A DNA stretch of 56,255 nucleotides, from positions 1-56,255 of the forward strand of contig DATKEI010000094.1 in NCBI GenBank assembly GCA_035544455.1, read 5' to 3'. The first letter of the stretch is position 1; every line of letters starts with the position of its first letter. The notes beneath the pieces were generated by a model. That model searched no databases. It had not been told where the DNA came from and was given only the letters and a program-made list of their open reading frames with translations. Source of the DNA: Candidatus Binatia bacterium (lineage in GTDB: Bacteria > Methylomirabilota > Methylomirabilia > Rokubacteriales > CSP1-6). A program made the position numbers and the translations under genes. Below are positions 8,432-18,652 of this stretch, piece by piece.

Positions 8432-9457
8432 ATGGCTGAGACCTTCGCCAACGAGACGCAGGTGCTGACGCCCTTCCGGGGCGTGAAGAAGGTGACCATC
8501 GAGGAGTACTTCACCTCGGGCCATCGCACGTGTCAGGGCTGCGAGTCGGCCCTGGTCATGAAGCTGATGGTCAAGGCGGCGGGGCCGCGCACCATCGTGC
8601 TCGGCGCCACCGGGTGCATGTACGTCGCCAACACGACGTACTACACGACCCCGTGGGTGGTGCCGTGGATGCACACCCAGCTCGGCTCCTCGGGTTCGGC
8701 GGCGCTGGGCACTGCGGCCGGCCTCAAGGCCCTCATGACGAAAGGCAAGATGAAGGCGGAGCCCATCAACGTGATCGCGTTCTGCGGCGACGGCGGCGGG
8801 GCCGACATGGGGCTGGGCGCGATCTCCGCAACCCTGACCCACCGCGAGTACAACTCCCTCATTCTGCTCTACGACAACGAGTCCTACGCCAACACCGACA
8901 TCCAGCTCTCGGGCTCGACCCCATGGGGGGCCAACACCACGTTCAGCCCGCCGGGGAGCGTCAAGCGGATCATCCACACGCGCTGGAAGAAGAACACGGC
9001 GGGCATGCTCGCGGCCGGCCACACGGAGTGCCGCTACGTCGCCACCGTGTGCGCGTCGTACGCCGTGGACATGATGAACAAGGTCCGCAAGGCCCTGACC
9101 ATCGGAGGGCCGACCTTCATCCACTCCCTCGACCCGTGCCCGAAGGGATGGGACTACGATCCCATGCTGTCCCACGAGCTGGGCGAGCTCGCCATCGAGA
9201 CCGGGGTGTTCCCGCTGTTCGAGGTGGAGGACGGCGTGGTCCGGCACTATGGCAAGACCAAGGCCATCGTCGACGGGCGCCCGCGCAAGCCGGTCCGCGA
9301 ATACCTCCTCAAGCAGGGGCGCTTCGCCCACTTCACCGAGGAGGACATGGACTACTTTCAGTCCAAGGTCGACGAGATGTGGGACAAGTGGGAGATCCCC
9401 GGGGTCATCCCCTTCTGGAAGGAGACGGCGAAGCACGCCAGTCCACGAACGTCCTGA
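8432..9457 (+). CDS. 2-oxoacid:ferredoxin oxidoreductase beta subunit (TPP-binding)
   Basis: Contains CQGCES, ATGCMYV and the TPP motif GDGGGADMGLGAISATLTHREYNSLILLYDNESYANT. Confidence 0.92.
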   Translation: MAETFANETQVLTPFRGVKKVTIEEYFTSGHRTCQGCESALVMKLMVKAAGPRTIVLGATGCMYVANTTYYTTPWVVPWMHTQLGSSGSAALGTAAGLKALMTKGKMKAEPINVIAFCGDGGGADMGLGAISATLTHREYNSLILLYDNESYANTDIQLSGSTPWGANTTFSPPGSVKRIIHTRWKKNTAGMLAAGHTECRYVATVCASYAVDMMNKVRKALTIGGPTFIHSLDPCPKGWDYDPMLSHELGELAIETGVFPLFEVEDGVVRHYGKTKAIVDGRPRKPVREYLLKQGRFAHFTEEDMDYFQSKVDEMWDKWEIPGVIPFWKETAKHASPRTS

Positions 9458-9642
9458 GCAGGGGCGGGCGGCCGCGCGCGGGTCGGGGCCGAGGCTGGCG
9501 AGGCCTGTGGCACCGCCTGCGCGCCGGCCGTGCACGACCTGGACACGACAGCAGGGAGACGATGAATCGATCGGCGCCCCGGGAGATCGCCCGGGGAGTG
9601 CGGGGGCAGAGGCGGCCGGTGCTCGTTCCCGCCGGAGCGCCA

Positions 9643-9752
9643 TGAGCCTCGATCTCGTCCTCGATCGTCCTGCGGATCTGGTGCTGGCCGGTGACAACGC
9701 CGTGGTCATTGCCCTCGCGGCGGGGTTCTCGGCGAGGTGGCGGGCACGATGA
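9643..9752 (+). pseudogene. possible remnant of a TerC/YjbE-family membrane protein gene (N-terminal about 27 aa only)
   Basis: The short frame MSLDLVLDRPADLVLAGDNAVVIALAAGFSARWRAR* contains DLVLAGDNAVVIALAA. This matches the signature first-helix motif of TerC/YjbE proteins. No further TerC-like sequence appears in any frame downstream. Confidence 0.3.
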
Positions 9753-9934
9753 TCGTGGAAGATCCCTGGGTCATGGCGTTCCCGGGAGCATGCGTCGCCC
9801 GCGCGGCCGAGGAGGGCGCCCGTTTCGGCCTCTTCGCCGGAGGGGTCGCGGTGGGCCCGGCGCCGACGCGGCGGTGTGCCGTCTCCGGCGGCGAGCCGGT
9901 GACGACATAGAGGGCCGTCGCGGGCGCCCGGGCG

Positions 9935-10708
9935 ATGGACTGGCCGCATCTCGAGCCGATCAAGAACACCCGCATCTACGAGGAGATCGTCCGCCAGGTG
10001 CGGGCGCTCATCAGCGACGGTCGCCTGAAATCGGGCGACCGCCTGCCCCCCGAGCGCGACCTGGCCGAGCAGTTCCGCGTCAGCCGGACGTCGGTCCGGG
10101 AAGCCCTGCGGGCGCTCGAGAGCCGGGGGCTGATCGAGATCCGGGCCGGCGAGGGCGCCTTCGTCCGGGACATCTCCGTGGACGCGCTCGTCGAGCCGCT
10201 GGCGCTCGTGATCCTGCCCCACCGCGAGGCCGTCGGCGAGCTCTTCGAAGCGCGGCGCTTGCTGGAACCGGCCATCGCGGCCCTCGCCGCGCGCCGGGCG
10301 ACTCCCGAGGAGCTCGGCGAGATGGAGCGGGTCCTCGACGAACAGGCTCGGGAGGTGGGCCTCGGGCGGACCGGGGTGGCCCAGGATTCCGCGTTCCATG
10401 CCGCGCTGGCCAACAGTGCGCACAACCGGGCCATCAGCCGCATCGTCAGCGCGCTCATGGACCTTCTGACCCAGAGCCGGGAGGAGTCCCTGCAGACGCC
10501 GGGGCGGCCCGAGCGTTCGCATCAGGACCACCGCAGAATCCTCGAGGCGCTGCGGCGCCGCGACGAGGTCGCCGCCCATCGCGCCGTCGTCGACCACCTG
10601 ATCGCGGTGGAGCGCCTGCTGATGGGCGCGCACGCCGACGAGGTCAGGCCCGCCGGAGCGACTCCGGCGGGAGCGCGCAGGAGAAGGGACGGTGATGCAT
10701 CCTCGTAA
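9935..10708 (+). CDS. GntR-family transcriptional regulator, FadR subfamily (FCD domain; PdhR/LldR-like)
   Basis: Contains IYEEIVRQVRALISDGRLKSGDRLPPERDLAEQFRVSRTSVREALRALESRGLIEIRAGEGAFV, followed by a helical FCD-like C-terminal domain (..FHAALANSAHN.., ..DHRRILEALRRRD..). Confidence 0.9.
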   Translation: MDWPHLEPIKNTRIYEEIVRQVRALISDGRLKSGDRLPPERDLAEQFRVSRTSVREALRALESRGLIEIRAGEGAFVRDISVDALVEPLALVILPHREAVGELFEARRLLEPAIAALAARRATPEELGEMERVLDEQAREVGLGRTGVAQDSAFHAALANSAHNRAISRIVSALMDLLTQSREESLQTPGRPERSHQDHRRILEALRRRDEVAAHRAVVDHLIAVERLLMGAHADEVRPAGATPAGARRRRDGDASS

Positions 10709-10732
10709 GTGCGCGTCGTGCAAGATCAAATA

Positions 10733-10761
10733 TTGACAATCTGAAGGTGGTCCCTTAGCAT
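10733..10761 (+). promoter_or_regulatory. sigma-70-like promoter TTGACA-N17-TAGCAT
   Basis: TTGACA at 10733-10738, a 17-nt spacer, then TAGCAT at 10756-10761. It lies in the AT-richer spacer between the GntR gene and ppdK. Confidence 0.45.
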
Positions 10762-10775
10762 CTGTAGGATTCCAC

Positions 10776-10800
10776 CAGGCCCGCTAGGGCCTGTCTTTTT
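10776..10800 (+). terminator. canonical intrinsic-terminator-like hairpin plus T-tract
   Basis: CAGGCCC (10776-10782), loop GCTA, GGGCCTG (10787-10793), then TCTTTTT. It sits 68 nt after the GntR stop and 48 nt before the ppdK ATG. Confidence 0.55.
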
Positions 10801-10848
10801 CTCCTCAACCCGGCGCGGAGCCGGCGCTGGCAGCAGGGAGCCGTTTCG

Positions 10849-13716
10849 ATGGCGAACGTGAAGCCAGGGACCCGTCGGTCGGCAAAGCCCGGAAAGAAGG
10901 CCACCGCCTCTCGCGCTGCTCGCGCGCCGCGCTACGTGTACTCGTTTGGCAACGGGCGAGTCGAGGAGCCCCGCGGGGTCACGACGCCCGGCGAACTGCT
11001 CGGAGGCAAGGGGGGCGGCCTGTTCGAGATGACACGGCTCGGCATCCCCGTGCCACCTGGCTTCACGATCACCACGGAGGCCTGGGCCGCGTACGAGGTC
11101 GCCGGCCGGAACCTGCCCGCGGCCCTGTGGCCCCAGGTGCTGGAGGGGATGTCGCGGCTGGAGGCCGCTGCCGGCCTGCGACTCGGCGACGCCTCGCGGC
11201 CGCTGCTGGTGTCGGTGCGCTCGGGCGCCCGCGTGTCCATGCCAGGCATGATGGACACGGTGCTGAACCTCGGTCTGAACGACAAGACCGTCGCGGGCCT
11301 CGCCCGCTGGACGAAGAAGGAGCGGTTCGCCTGGGATTGCTATCGTCGGTTCGTCGCCGCCTTCGGCGACGTCATCCTCGGCATCGACCGGCGGGAGTTC
11401 GAGGGCCCGCTCGAGGAGGCCAAGGCCCAGGCGGGGGTGACGATGGACGCCGAGGTGCCCCCGAGCGCCCTTCGGCAGCTGGTCGCCCGGTACAAGGACA
11501 TCGTGGCTGAGAAGGCGGGACAGCCCTTCCCGCAGGATCCGTCCGAGCAGCTGCGGCTGGCGATCGTCGCGGTGTTCAACTCCTGGTTTGCGAAGAAGGC
11601 GGTTGACTATCGCCGCATCAACCGGCTGGGCGACGACACGGGCACCGCCGTGACCGTGATGGCCATGGTGTTCGGCAATCTCGGAGACACGTCGGGGACG
11701 GGCGTGTGCTTCACGCGCGATCCCTCGACGGGGGAGCGGGTCTTCTTCGGGGAGCTCCTGATGAACGCGCAGGGGGAGGACGTGGTGGCAGGGATCCGGA
11801 CGCCCGAACCCCTGGCGGCTCTCGAAACGAGGATGCCCGCGGTCTACCGCGACCTGGTCAGGCTCAAGGACAAGCTCGAGCGCCACTACCGGGACATGCA
11901 GGACATCGAGTTCACGGTGCAGGAGAGGAAGCTCTATCTGCTGCAGACGCGATCGGGGAAGCGCACGGGGGCCGCCGCCGTCCGGATCGCCGTGGAGATG
12001 GCTCGCGAGGGACTGCTCGATGGCACGCGCGGCGGCAAGGGCGGCCCGTCGCCAGAGGCGCGGCGGGTCGCGCTGATGCGCGTGGATCCGGCGGCGCTGC
12101 ACCAGCTCCTGCACCCGCGGATCGATCCCGAGGCACGCTATACGGCCATTGCCCGGGGGTTGAGCCTCGGCTTCGGAGCCGCCGTCGGGCGCGTCGTCCT
12201 CGACCCGGAGGCCGCGGTGGAGGCCGCCCTGCGCGAGGAAAGGGTCATTCTCGTGCGCACGGAGACGTCGCCCGAGGACGTGGCGGGGATGCACGCCGCC
12301 CAGGGGGTGCTGACCGCGCGCGGGGGGCTGACCTCGCACGCCGCGGTGGTGGCGCGGGGCATGGGCAAGTGCTGCGTGGTGGGGGCCAGCGACGTCGTCG
12401 TCGACGAGGAGCGGCGGCTGTTCCGGTGCGGTCGCCACGTGGTGCGCGAGGGCCAGGTGATCTCGCTGAACGGGGCGACCGGCGAGGTCGTCGCCGGCCC
12501 GCTGCCCCTGGTGCCACCGACGCTCTCCGACGAGTTCAAGCTCTTCGTGGAATGGGCTCGGGCGATCTTCGCCCCGCCGGCGGGCGCCCGGCGGGGCGGC
12601 GGCGAGCACGCGCGGGAGCCCCGGTTCGGGGTGCGCGCCAACGCCGACACCCCGGAGGACGCGCGCAAGTCCCTCGAGTTCGGCGCTCAGGGCATCGGGC
12701 TGGTCCGCACCGAGCACATGTTCTTCGGCGACGAGCGCATTCCCATCGTGCGCGAGATGATCCTGGCCCGCGACGTCGCCGAGCGCCGCGCCGCCGTGGA
12801 CCGGCTGCTGCCCTTCCAGCGCGAGGACTTCATCGGGATCTTCATCGCCATGGACGGACGGCCCGTCACCATCCGGCTCCTCGATCCCCCGCTCCACGAG
12901 TTCCTGCCGAAGTACAAGGACGTGCTCGAGGAGTACACGAAGCTCGACACTCTCTCCATCAACCCCGCCCGGCATCGGGATCTCGGCGCCATCAAGGCGC
13001 GCCTCGAGCAGCTCATCGAGGTGAACCCGATGCTCGGGCACCGCGGCTGCCGGCTCGGGATCACCTTCCCCGAGATCTACGACATGCAGGTGCGCGCCAT
13101 CATCGAGGCGGCCTGCGCGGTGACGGGGCAGGGCGGGCGGGTCGCGCCGGAGATCATGATCCCGCTCACCGGGACCGAGACCGAGATGCTGCTCACCGAG
13201 CGCATGACGCGCACGGTGGCCGACGCCGTGATGGCCGAGAAGGGCGTGCGGATCGCATACACCGTGGGCACCATGATCGAGGTGCCGCGCGCCTCCCTCA
13301 TCGCCGACAAGCTGGCCCGGCACGCCGACTTCTTCTCGTTCGGGACCAACGACCTCACCCAGATGACGTTCGGGTACAGCCGGGACGACATCGGCAAGTT
13401 CCTTCCGTACTACCTCGAGAAGCGCCTTCTCCCCGACGATCCGTTCGCGGTGCTCGACCAGGAGGGCGTCGGCGAGATGATCCGGATCGGCATCGAGCGC
13501 GGGCGCCGGACGCGCCCCGACCTCAAGGTCGGGATCTGCGGTGAGCACGGGGGCGAGCCGTCGTCGGTCCGGTTCTGCCACCACGTCGGGATGACGTACG
13601 TGTCGTGCTCGCCGTACATGGTACCGATCGCGTGGCTGGCCGCGGCCCAGGCCGAGATCCAGGCGCCCCGCGCCGGCGGAGGCACCCGTACCGGCCGAGG
13701 CAAGCGATATGCGTGA
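10849..13716 (+). CDS. ppdK: pyruvate, phosphate dikinase
   Basis: Contains YVYSFGNG, LLGGKGGGLFEMTRLGIPVPPGFTITTEA, the catalytic-His loop RGGLTSHAAVVARGMG, GIGLVRTEHMFF and GICGEHGGEPSS. It has a 27-aa basic N-terminal extension and two low-complexity insertions. Confidence 0.97.
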   Translation: MANVKPGTRRSAKPGKKATASRAARAPRYVYSFGNGRVEEPRGVTTPGELLGGKGGGLFEMTRLGIPVPPGFTITTEAWAAYEVAGRNLPAALWPQVLEGMSRLEAAAGLRLGDASRPLLVSVRSGARVSMPGMMDTVLNLGLNDKTVAGLARWTKKERFAWDCYRRFVAAFGDVILGIDRREFEGPLEEAKAQAGVTMDAEVPPSALRQLVARYKDIVAEKAGQPFPQDPSEQLRLAIVAVFNSWFAKKAVDYRRINRLGDDTGTAVTVMAMVFGNLGDTSGTGVCFTRDPSTGERVFFGELLMNAQGEDVVAGIRTPEPLAALETRMPAVYRDLVRLKDKLERHYRDMQDIEFTVQERKLYLLQTRSGKRTGAAAVRIAVEMAREGLLDGTRGGKGGPSPEARRVALMRVDPAALHQLLHPRIDPEARYTAIARGLSLGFGAAVGRVVLDPEAAVEAALREERVILVRTETSPEDVAGMHAAQGVLTARGGLTSHAAVVARGMGKCCVVGASDVVVDEERRLFRCGRHVVREGQVISLNGATGEVVAGPLPLVPPTLSDEFKLFVEWARAIFAPPAGARRGGGEHAREPRFGVRANADTPEDARKSLEFGAQGIGLVRTEHMFFGDERIPIVREMILARDVAERRAAVDRLLPFQREDFIGIFIAMDGRPVTIRLLDPPLHEFLPKYKDVLEEYTKLDTLSINPARHRDLGAIKARLEQLIEVNPMLGHRGCRLGITFPEIYDMQVRAIIEAACAVTGQGGRVAPEIMIPLTGTETEMLLTERMTRTVADAVMAEKGVRIAYTVGTMIEVPRASLIADKLARHADFFSFGTNDLTQMTFGYSRDDIGKFLPYYLEKRLLPDDPFAVLDQEGVGEMIRIGIERGRRTRPDLKVGICGEHGGEPSSVRFCHHVGMTYVSCSPYMVPIAWLAAAQAEIQAPRAGGGTRTGRGKRYA

Positions 13717-14596
13717 GCACACTGGCGTGTACGTCCCGGTGCCCACCCCGTACCGCGGCGATGCTGTCGCCCCTGACCGCCTGAAGGCGAATCTCCGGCG
13801 CTGGGGCCAGTCTCCGGTCGCCGGCTACGTGGCCCTCGGCTCCACCGGCGAGTTCCCGCTGCTCGCCGAGGCCGAGCGCGACGCCGTCCTCGCCGCGGCC
13901 CGGGAGGGTATCCCGGCGGATCGGGCCATGATCGCGGGGACCGGCCACAACGCCACCCCCCTCACCGTGAAGCAGACGCGGCGGGCGGCCGAGCTCGGGG
14001 CGGACGCGGCCCTGGTGATCACTCCGCACTACTTCACGCGGCCCTTCTCGGCCGCGGCGGCCCAGGTCAGGCACTACCTGGCGGTGGCCGAGGCCTCGCC
14101 TATCCCGGTGATGATCTACAATGTGCCTGTCAACACCGGGATCAACCTCGAGCCCGACACGGTGGCGCGCATCGCGGAGCACCCGAACGTGTGCGGCATC
14201 GCGGACGTGTCCGGCGACATCTCCCAGGCGGCCCAGACGATCCACCTGACTCCCAAGAGCTTCCACGTGCTGGTGGGGGCGGCGGCGGCGCTCCTGCCCG
14301 CCCTGGCCATCGGGGCCTCCGGGGGAGTCCTGGCCCTCGCCACCATCGCGGCCCGCGAGTTCTGCGACATCTACGCGCTGGCCCGGCAGGGGCGGTGGGA
14401 GGAAGCGAAGGAGATCGCGGGCCGGATGATGCTGGCCGACCGCGGCGTGCCCGGGCGGTTCGGCATCGGCGGCCTCAAGGCCGCCCTCGACCTCCTGGGG
14501 CTGTACGGCGGTCCGTGCCGGGCCCCGCTCGGCACGCCGGACGGCAACGCGATCGAGGACATCAAGGAAGTGCTCGCCTCGGCGGGGCTCCTGTAA
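13709..14596 (+). CDS. dapA: dihydrodipicolinate synthase family lyase (4-hydroxy-tetrahydrodipicolinate synthase or related pyruvate-dependent aldolase)
   Basis: Contains [23 protein letters not shown] and [10 protein letters not shown]. It overlaps the ppdK stop by 8 nt. The exact substrate cannot be assigned from sequence alone. Confidence 0.75.
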   Translation: MREHTGVYVPVPTPYRGDAVAPDRLKANLRRWGQSPVAGYVALGSTGEFPLLAEAERDAVLAAAREGIPADRAMIAGTGHNATPLTVKQTRRAAELGADAALVITPHYFTRPFSAAAAQVRHYLAVAEASPIPVMIYNVPVNTGINLEPDTVARIAEHPNVCGIADVSGDISQAAQTIHLTPKSFHVLVGAAAALLPALAIGASGGVLALATIAAREFCDIYALARQGRWEEAKEIAGRMMLADRGVPGRFGIGGLKAALDLLGLYGGPCRAPLGTPDGNAIEDIKEVLASAGLL

Positions 14597-14618
14597 TCTG
14601 ACAGCGGAGGAGAAGGTC

Positions 14619-16373
14619 GTGAAGCTCTCAGGTGCGCGGATCTTGCTGGAGAGTCTGAAGCGAGAGGGCGTGGACGTCATCTTCGGGCTCCCCGGCGGCG
14701 CCGTCCTGCCCATCTACGACGCCCTGTACGACTTCGAGGGGCTGCGCCACGTGCTGGTCCGCCAGGAGGCAGCGGCCGGGCACGCGGCGGAGGGCTACGC
14801 GCGGACCAGTGGCAAGGTCGGCGTGTGCCTGGTCACGTCGGGGCCGGCCGCGACGAACCTGGTCACCGCGCTCCAGGACGCCCTGATGGATTCGATCCCC
14901 ATCGTCGCCTTCACGGGGCAGGTGCCGACGCACCTCATCGGCAACGACGCGTTCCAGGAGGCCGACAACGTCGGCATCACCCGCTCGGCCACGAAGCACA
15001 ACTACCTGGTCAAGGACGGTCGCGACCTGGCCGGCATCGTCAAGGAGGCCTTCCACATCGCGTCCACCGGCCGCCCGGGGCCGGTCCATGTGGACTTGCC
15101 CAAGGACGTGCTGGTCAAGGAGTGGCCCTTCGAGGCGGCTGCCCCCGTGCACCTGCGCTCCTACAACCCGACGTACGATGGCCACCCCGGCCAGATCAAG
15201 AAGGCCGCGCGGTCGCTGGTGCGGGCCCACCGCCCGGTCCTGTACGTCGGCGGGGGCGCCATCTCCGCCGATGCCGCCCCGGTCCTCCGCGAGCTCGCGG
15301 AGCTCGTGCAGGCCCCGGTCACCCAGACGCTCATGGGCCTGGGCGCCTTCCCCATGGAGCATCCGCTGTCCCTCGACATGCTGGGCATGCACGGGACGTA
15401 CTACGCGAACATGGCGGTGCACCACTCCGACCTGCTGATGGCGATCGGAGCCCGATTCGACGACCGGGTGACGGGCCGGGTGGATGCGTTCGCGCCGAAC
15501 GCCGAGATCGTCCACATCGACATCGACCCCTCGTCGATCTCCAAGAACATCAAGGTCCACATCCCGATCGTGGGCGACTGCGGCCGCGTCCTCGCCAGGC
15601 TCGTGGAGGCGGTGCGCGAGGAGCTGGCCGGCGACGTGCCGTCCGCGGTGCGGGAGGCGCGGCGCCAGTGGACCGAGCAGGTCGCCCGGTGGAAGGCGCA
15701 GTTCCCGCTGCGCTACGACTGGAGCGACGAGGTCATCAAGCCCCAGTACGTCATCCAGGAAATCTCGAACCTGACCCAGGGCGAAGCCTTCGTGGTGACG
15801 GGCGTCGGGCAGCATCAGATGTGGGCGGCCCAGTACTATCGGTTCAAGCACCCGCGGCGCTGGTGCACGTCGGGCGGCCTCGGCACCATGGGCTATGGCC
15901 TGCCGGCGGCCATGGGGGTGCAGGCCGCCAACCCGGGCAAGACCGTGGTCAATATCGACGGGGACGGGTCCTTCGCCATGAATAGCCAGGAGCTCGCCAC
16001 CTGCTTCACGGAGGGGTTTCCGGTCAAGACCGTCATCATCAACAACAGTGGGCACGGGATGGTCCGGCAGTGGCAGCGCATCATCTACAAGGAGCGGTAC
16101 TTCGCCATTGACTTGCCCGGGGTACCCGACTGGGTGCGCCTGGCCGAGGCCTACGGCTGTGTGGGCATCCGGGTCACCCGGCCGAGCGAGGTGGTGCCCG
16201 CCATCGAGAAGATGCTGAGCACGCCGGCGCCGGTGGTTCTCGACGTTTGCGTGGACAAGGACGAGTGCGTGTTCCCGATGGTTCCCGCGGGCGGAGCCAA
16301 CACGGAGATGATCCTGGAGCCGCCATCCCGCGAGGTGCGCGAGAAGGCGGCCAAGTCGCAGACGGGGTTCTGA
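14619..16373 (+). CDS. ilvB: acetolactate synthase (acetohydroxyacid synthase) large subunit
   Basis: GTG start after GGAGGAGAAGG. Contains [47 protein letters not shown] and [12 protein letters not shown]. Confidence 0.96.
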   Translation: MKLSGARILLESLKREGVDVIFGLPGGAVLPIYDALYDFEGLRHVLVRQEAAAGHAAEGYARTSGKVGVCLVTSGPAATNLVTALQDALMDSIPIVAFTGQVPTHLIGNDAFQEADNVGITRSATKHNYLVKDGRDLAGIVKEAFHIASTGRPGPVHVDLPKDVLVKEWPFEAAAPVHLRSYNPTYDGHPGQIKKAARSLVRAHRPVLYVGGGAISADAAPVLRELAELVQAPVTQTLMGLGAFPMEHPLSLDMLGMHGTYYANMAVHHSDLLMAIGARFDDRVTGRVDAFAPNAEIVHIDIDPSSISKNIKVHIPIVGDCGRVLARLVEAVREELAGDVPSAVREARRQWTEQVARWKAQFPLRYDWSDEVIKPQYVIQEISNLTQGEAFVVTGVGQHQMWAAQYYRFKHPRRWCTSGGLGTMGYGLPAAMGVQAANPGKTVVNIDGDGSFAMNSQELATCFTEGFPVKTVIINNSGHGMVRQWQRIIYKERYFAIDLPGVPDWVRLAEAYGCVGIRVTRPSEVVPAIEKMLSTPAPVVLDVCVDKDECVFPMVPAGGANTEMILEPPSREVREKAAKSQTGF

Positions 16374-16400
16374 TCGGACCCGCGGGCGGGAGGAGGAGAC

Positions 16401-16994
16401 GTGCAGGAGCCGGAGCATCGGAAGCACACCATCGCGGTACTGGTGGAGAACAAGTTCGGGGTGCTCTCGCGGGTGGCGGGACTGTTCTCGGCGCGCGGCT
16501 ACAACATCGAGAGCCTCTCGGTGGGCGAGACGCTTGACCCCTCGGTGTCGCGCATGACCCTGGTCGTGCGAGGCGACGCCTTCATCATCGAGCAGGTGGT
16601 CAAGCAACTGCACAAGCTGATCGACGTGATCAAGGTCACCGATCTGAGCGAGGAGGACCACGTCGAGCGGGAGATGATCCTCGTCAAGGTCAACGCGGAG
16701 CCGGCGGCCCGGGCCGAGATCCTGCGCAGCGCGGACATCTTCCGGGCCAAGGTGGTGGACGTGACCCCCGGAACCTATACCCTCGAGCTGACCGGCGACG
16801 AGTCCAAGCTGGACGCCCTGATCGAGCTCCTGCGGCCGTTCGGCATCCAGGAGCTGGTGCGGACGGGCAAGGTCGCCATCGCGCGCGGGCCGAAGACCCG
16901 GCTGCGCCGCGTGCCGGAGCGCCTCGGCAAGCCGCGACCGGCCTCCCCGTCCGCCGTGTCCCAGGACCCGCGCGTCGTCGGCTTTGCCGACTAA
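16401..16994 (+). CDS. ilvN: acetolactate synthase small (regulatory) subunit
   Basis: ACT domain [34 protein letters not shown]. About 30 aa Pro/Arg-rich C-terminal extension. Confidence 0.95.
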   Translation: MQEPEHRKHTIAVLVENKFGVLSRVAGLFSARGYNIESLSVGETLDPSVSRMTLVVRGDAFIIEQVVKQLHKLIDVIKVTDLSEEDHVEREMILVKVNAEPAARAEILRSADIFRAKVVDVTPGTYTLELTGDESKLDALIELLRPFGIQELVRTGKVAIARGPKTRLRRVPERLGKPRPASPSAVSQDPRVVGFAD

Positions 16995-17016
16995 CCTCCA
17001 GAAGGAGACACTCAGG

Positions 17017-18021
17017 ATGCCGGCCAGGATTTTCTACGATCAGGACGCCGACCTCGGCCTGCTCAAGGGCAAGACGATCGCCATCATCGGCTACGGCAGC
17101 CAGGGGCACGCCCACGCCCTCAACCTCAAGGACTCGGGCCAGAACGTGGTGGTGGGTCTCTACGAGGGATCGAAGAGTTGGGCCCGGGCGGAGAAGGACG
17201 GCTGCAAGGTGATGGCGGTGCACGACGCCGCCCAGGCCGGCGACATCGTCATGATCCTGCTGCCCGACCAGACCCAGCGCCAGGTGTACGAGGAGTCGAT
17301 CAAGGGCGCGCTGGGCCGCGGCAAGACCGTCATGTTCGCCCACGGCTTCAACATCCACTTCAACCAGGTGGTGCCGGGGCCCGACGTCGACGTGTCGATG
17401 ATCGCCCCCAAGGCCCCCGGGCACGTCATGCGCGACCTGTTCACGCAGGGGCCCGGGGTGCCTGGGCTCGTGGCGGTGCACCAGGACGTCTCGGGCAAGG
17501 GGCGGGATATGGCCCTCGCCTATGGCAAGGGCGTCGGCTGCACCCGGGCCGGGGTCATCGAGACCACCTTCAAGGAGGAGACGGAAACCGACCTGTTCGG
17601 GGAGCAGACCGCCCTGTGCGGCGGCATCTCGCATCTGATCAAGGCGGCCTTCGACACGCTGGTGGAAGCGGGGTACCAGCCCGAGGTCGCCTACTTCGAG
17701 TGCATGCACGAGATGAAGCTCATCGTGGATCTGTTCTACCAGGGTGGCCTCGCCTACATGCGCTACTCCGTGTCGGACACCGCGGAGTACGGTGACTACA
17801 CCCGGGGGCCGCGGGTGGTCAACGAACAGACCCGCGCCGAGATGAAGAAGATCCTCGGGGAGATCCAGTCCGGGCAGTTCGCGCGGGAGTGGGTCCTCGA
17901 GAACCAGGCGAACCGCGCCGGCTTCCTGGCCATGCGCAAGCGGGATGCCGATCACCAGATCGAGGAGGTCGGCGCGCGGCTCCGCAAGATGATGTCGTGG
18001 ATCAAGCCGCCGCGCGTCTGA
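17017..18021 (+). CDS. ilvC: ketol-acid reductoisomerase
   Basis: ATG at 17017 preceded by GAAGGAGA. Contains [41 protein letters not shown]. Confidence 0.97.
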   Translation: MPARIFYDQDADLGLLKGKTIAIIGYGSQGHAHALNLKDSGQNVVVGLYEGSKSWARAEKDGCKVMAVHDAAQAGDIVMILLPDQTQRQVYEESIKGALGRGKTVMFAHGFNIHFNQVVPGPDVDVSMIAPKAPGHVMRDLFTQGPGVPGLVAVHQDVSGKGRDMALAYGKGVGCTRAGVIETTFKEETETDLFGEQTALCGGISHLIKAAFDTLVEAGYQPEVAYFECMHEMKLIVDLFYQGGLAYMRYSVSDTAEYGDYTRGPRVVNEQTRAEMKKILGEIQSGQFAREWVLENQANRAGFLAMRKRDADHQIEEVGARLRKMMSWIKPPRV

Positions 18022-18025
18022 TCCG

Positions 18026-18652
18026 GTGCGGATCCCAATCGCGCGTGAGGGGTGGCCGCTCGCGGCGTCGTTCGGCGGCGCCGCTGCGCTGCTGTGGGCT
18101 CTCTCGTGGCGGAGGGCCGCCCTCGGGGCCGGGGCGGGCGCCGTGGCGTGCCTCGGCTTCTTCCGCGACCCCGAGCGGACGCCGCCCCGGCTGGCGGGCG
18201 CGATCCTGTCGCCGGCCGATGGGCAGGTGATGGAAGTGCGCGACGTGGACGATCCGTTCGTCGGGCCGGCCACGCGCGTTGCCGTGTTCCTGTCCCCGCT
18301 GGATGTCCACGTAAATCGCGCTCCGGTGTCGGGCCTCGTCAAGGACGTCGAGCGCGTGCCGGGCCGTTTCGTGCCCGCGTACCGGGCCGACGCGGGGGCG
18401 GTGAACGAGCGCGCCTCGGTCCGCATCGAGGGAGACCGGGGGCGCGTCGTGGTGAGCCAGATCGCGGGGGCGGTGGCGCGGCGGGTCGTCTGTCGGCTGC
18501 GGCCGGGGGACCGGGTGGAAGCGGGGGAGCGCTTCGGGATGATCCGCTTCGGATCGCGCACGGATCTCGTGGTGCCGCGCGCGGCCGCCGTCCAGGTGCG
18601 CGTGAGCGACCGCGTGATCGGAGGGGTCACCATCGTGGCCCTTGTGTCATGA
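18026..18652 (+). CDS. psd: phosphatidylserine decarboxylase proenzyme (short type)
   Basis: Contains [15 protein letters not shown] and the self-cleavage motif MIRFGSRTD. Confidence 0.9.
   Translation: MRIPIAREGWPLAASFGGAAALLWALSWRRAALGAGAGAVACLGFFRDPERTPPRLAGAILSPADGQVMEVRDVDDPFVGPATRVAVFLSPLDVHVNRAPVSGLVKDVERVPGRFVPAYRADAGAVNERASVRIEGDRGRVVVSQIAGAVARRVVCRLRPGDRVEAGERFGMIRFGSRTDLVVPRAAAVQVRVSDRVIGGVTIVALVS

Noticed and set aside
10828-10842. Sigma-54-like element TGGCAG-N..-AGC just upstream of ppdK.
   Set aside because: The GG-to-GC spacing is 9 nt rather than the canonical 10. The -12 element lacks the TTGC context. It ends only about 7 nt before the ATG, overlapping the ribosome-binding site.
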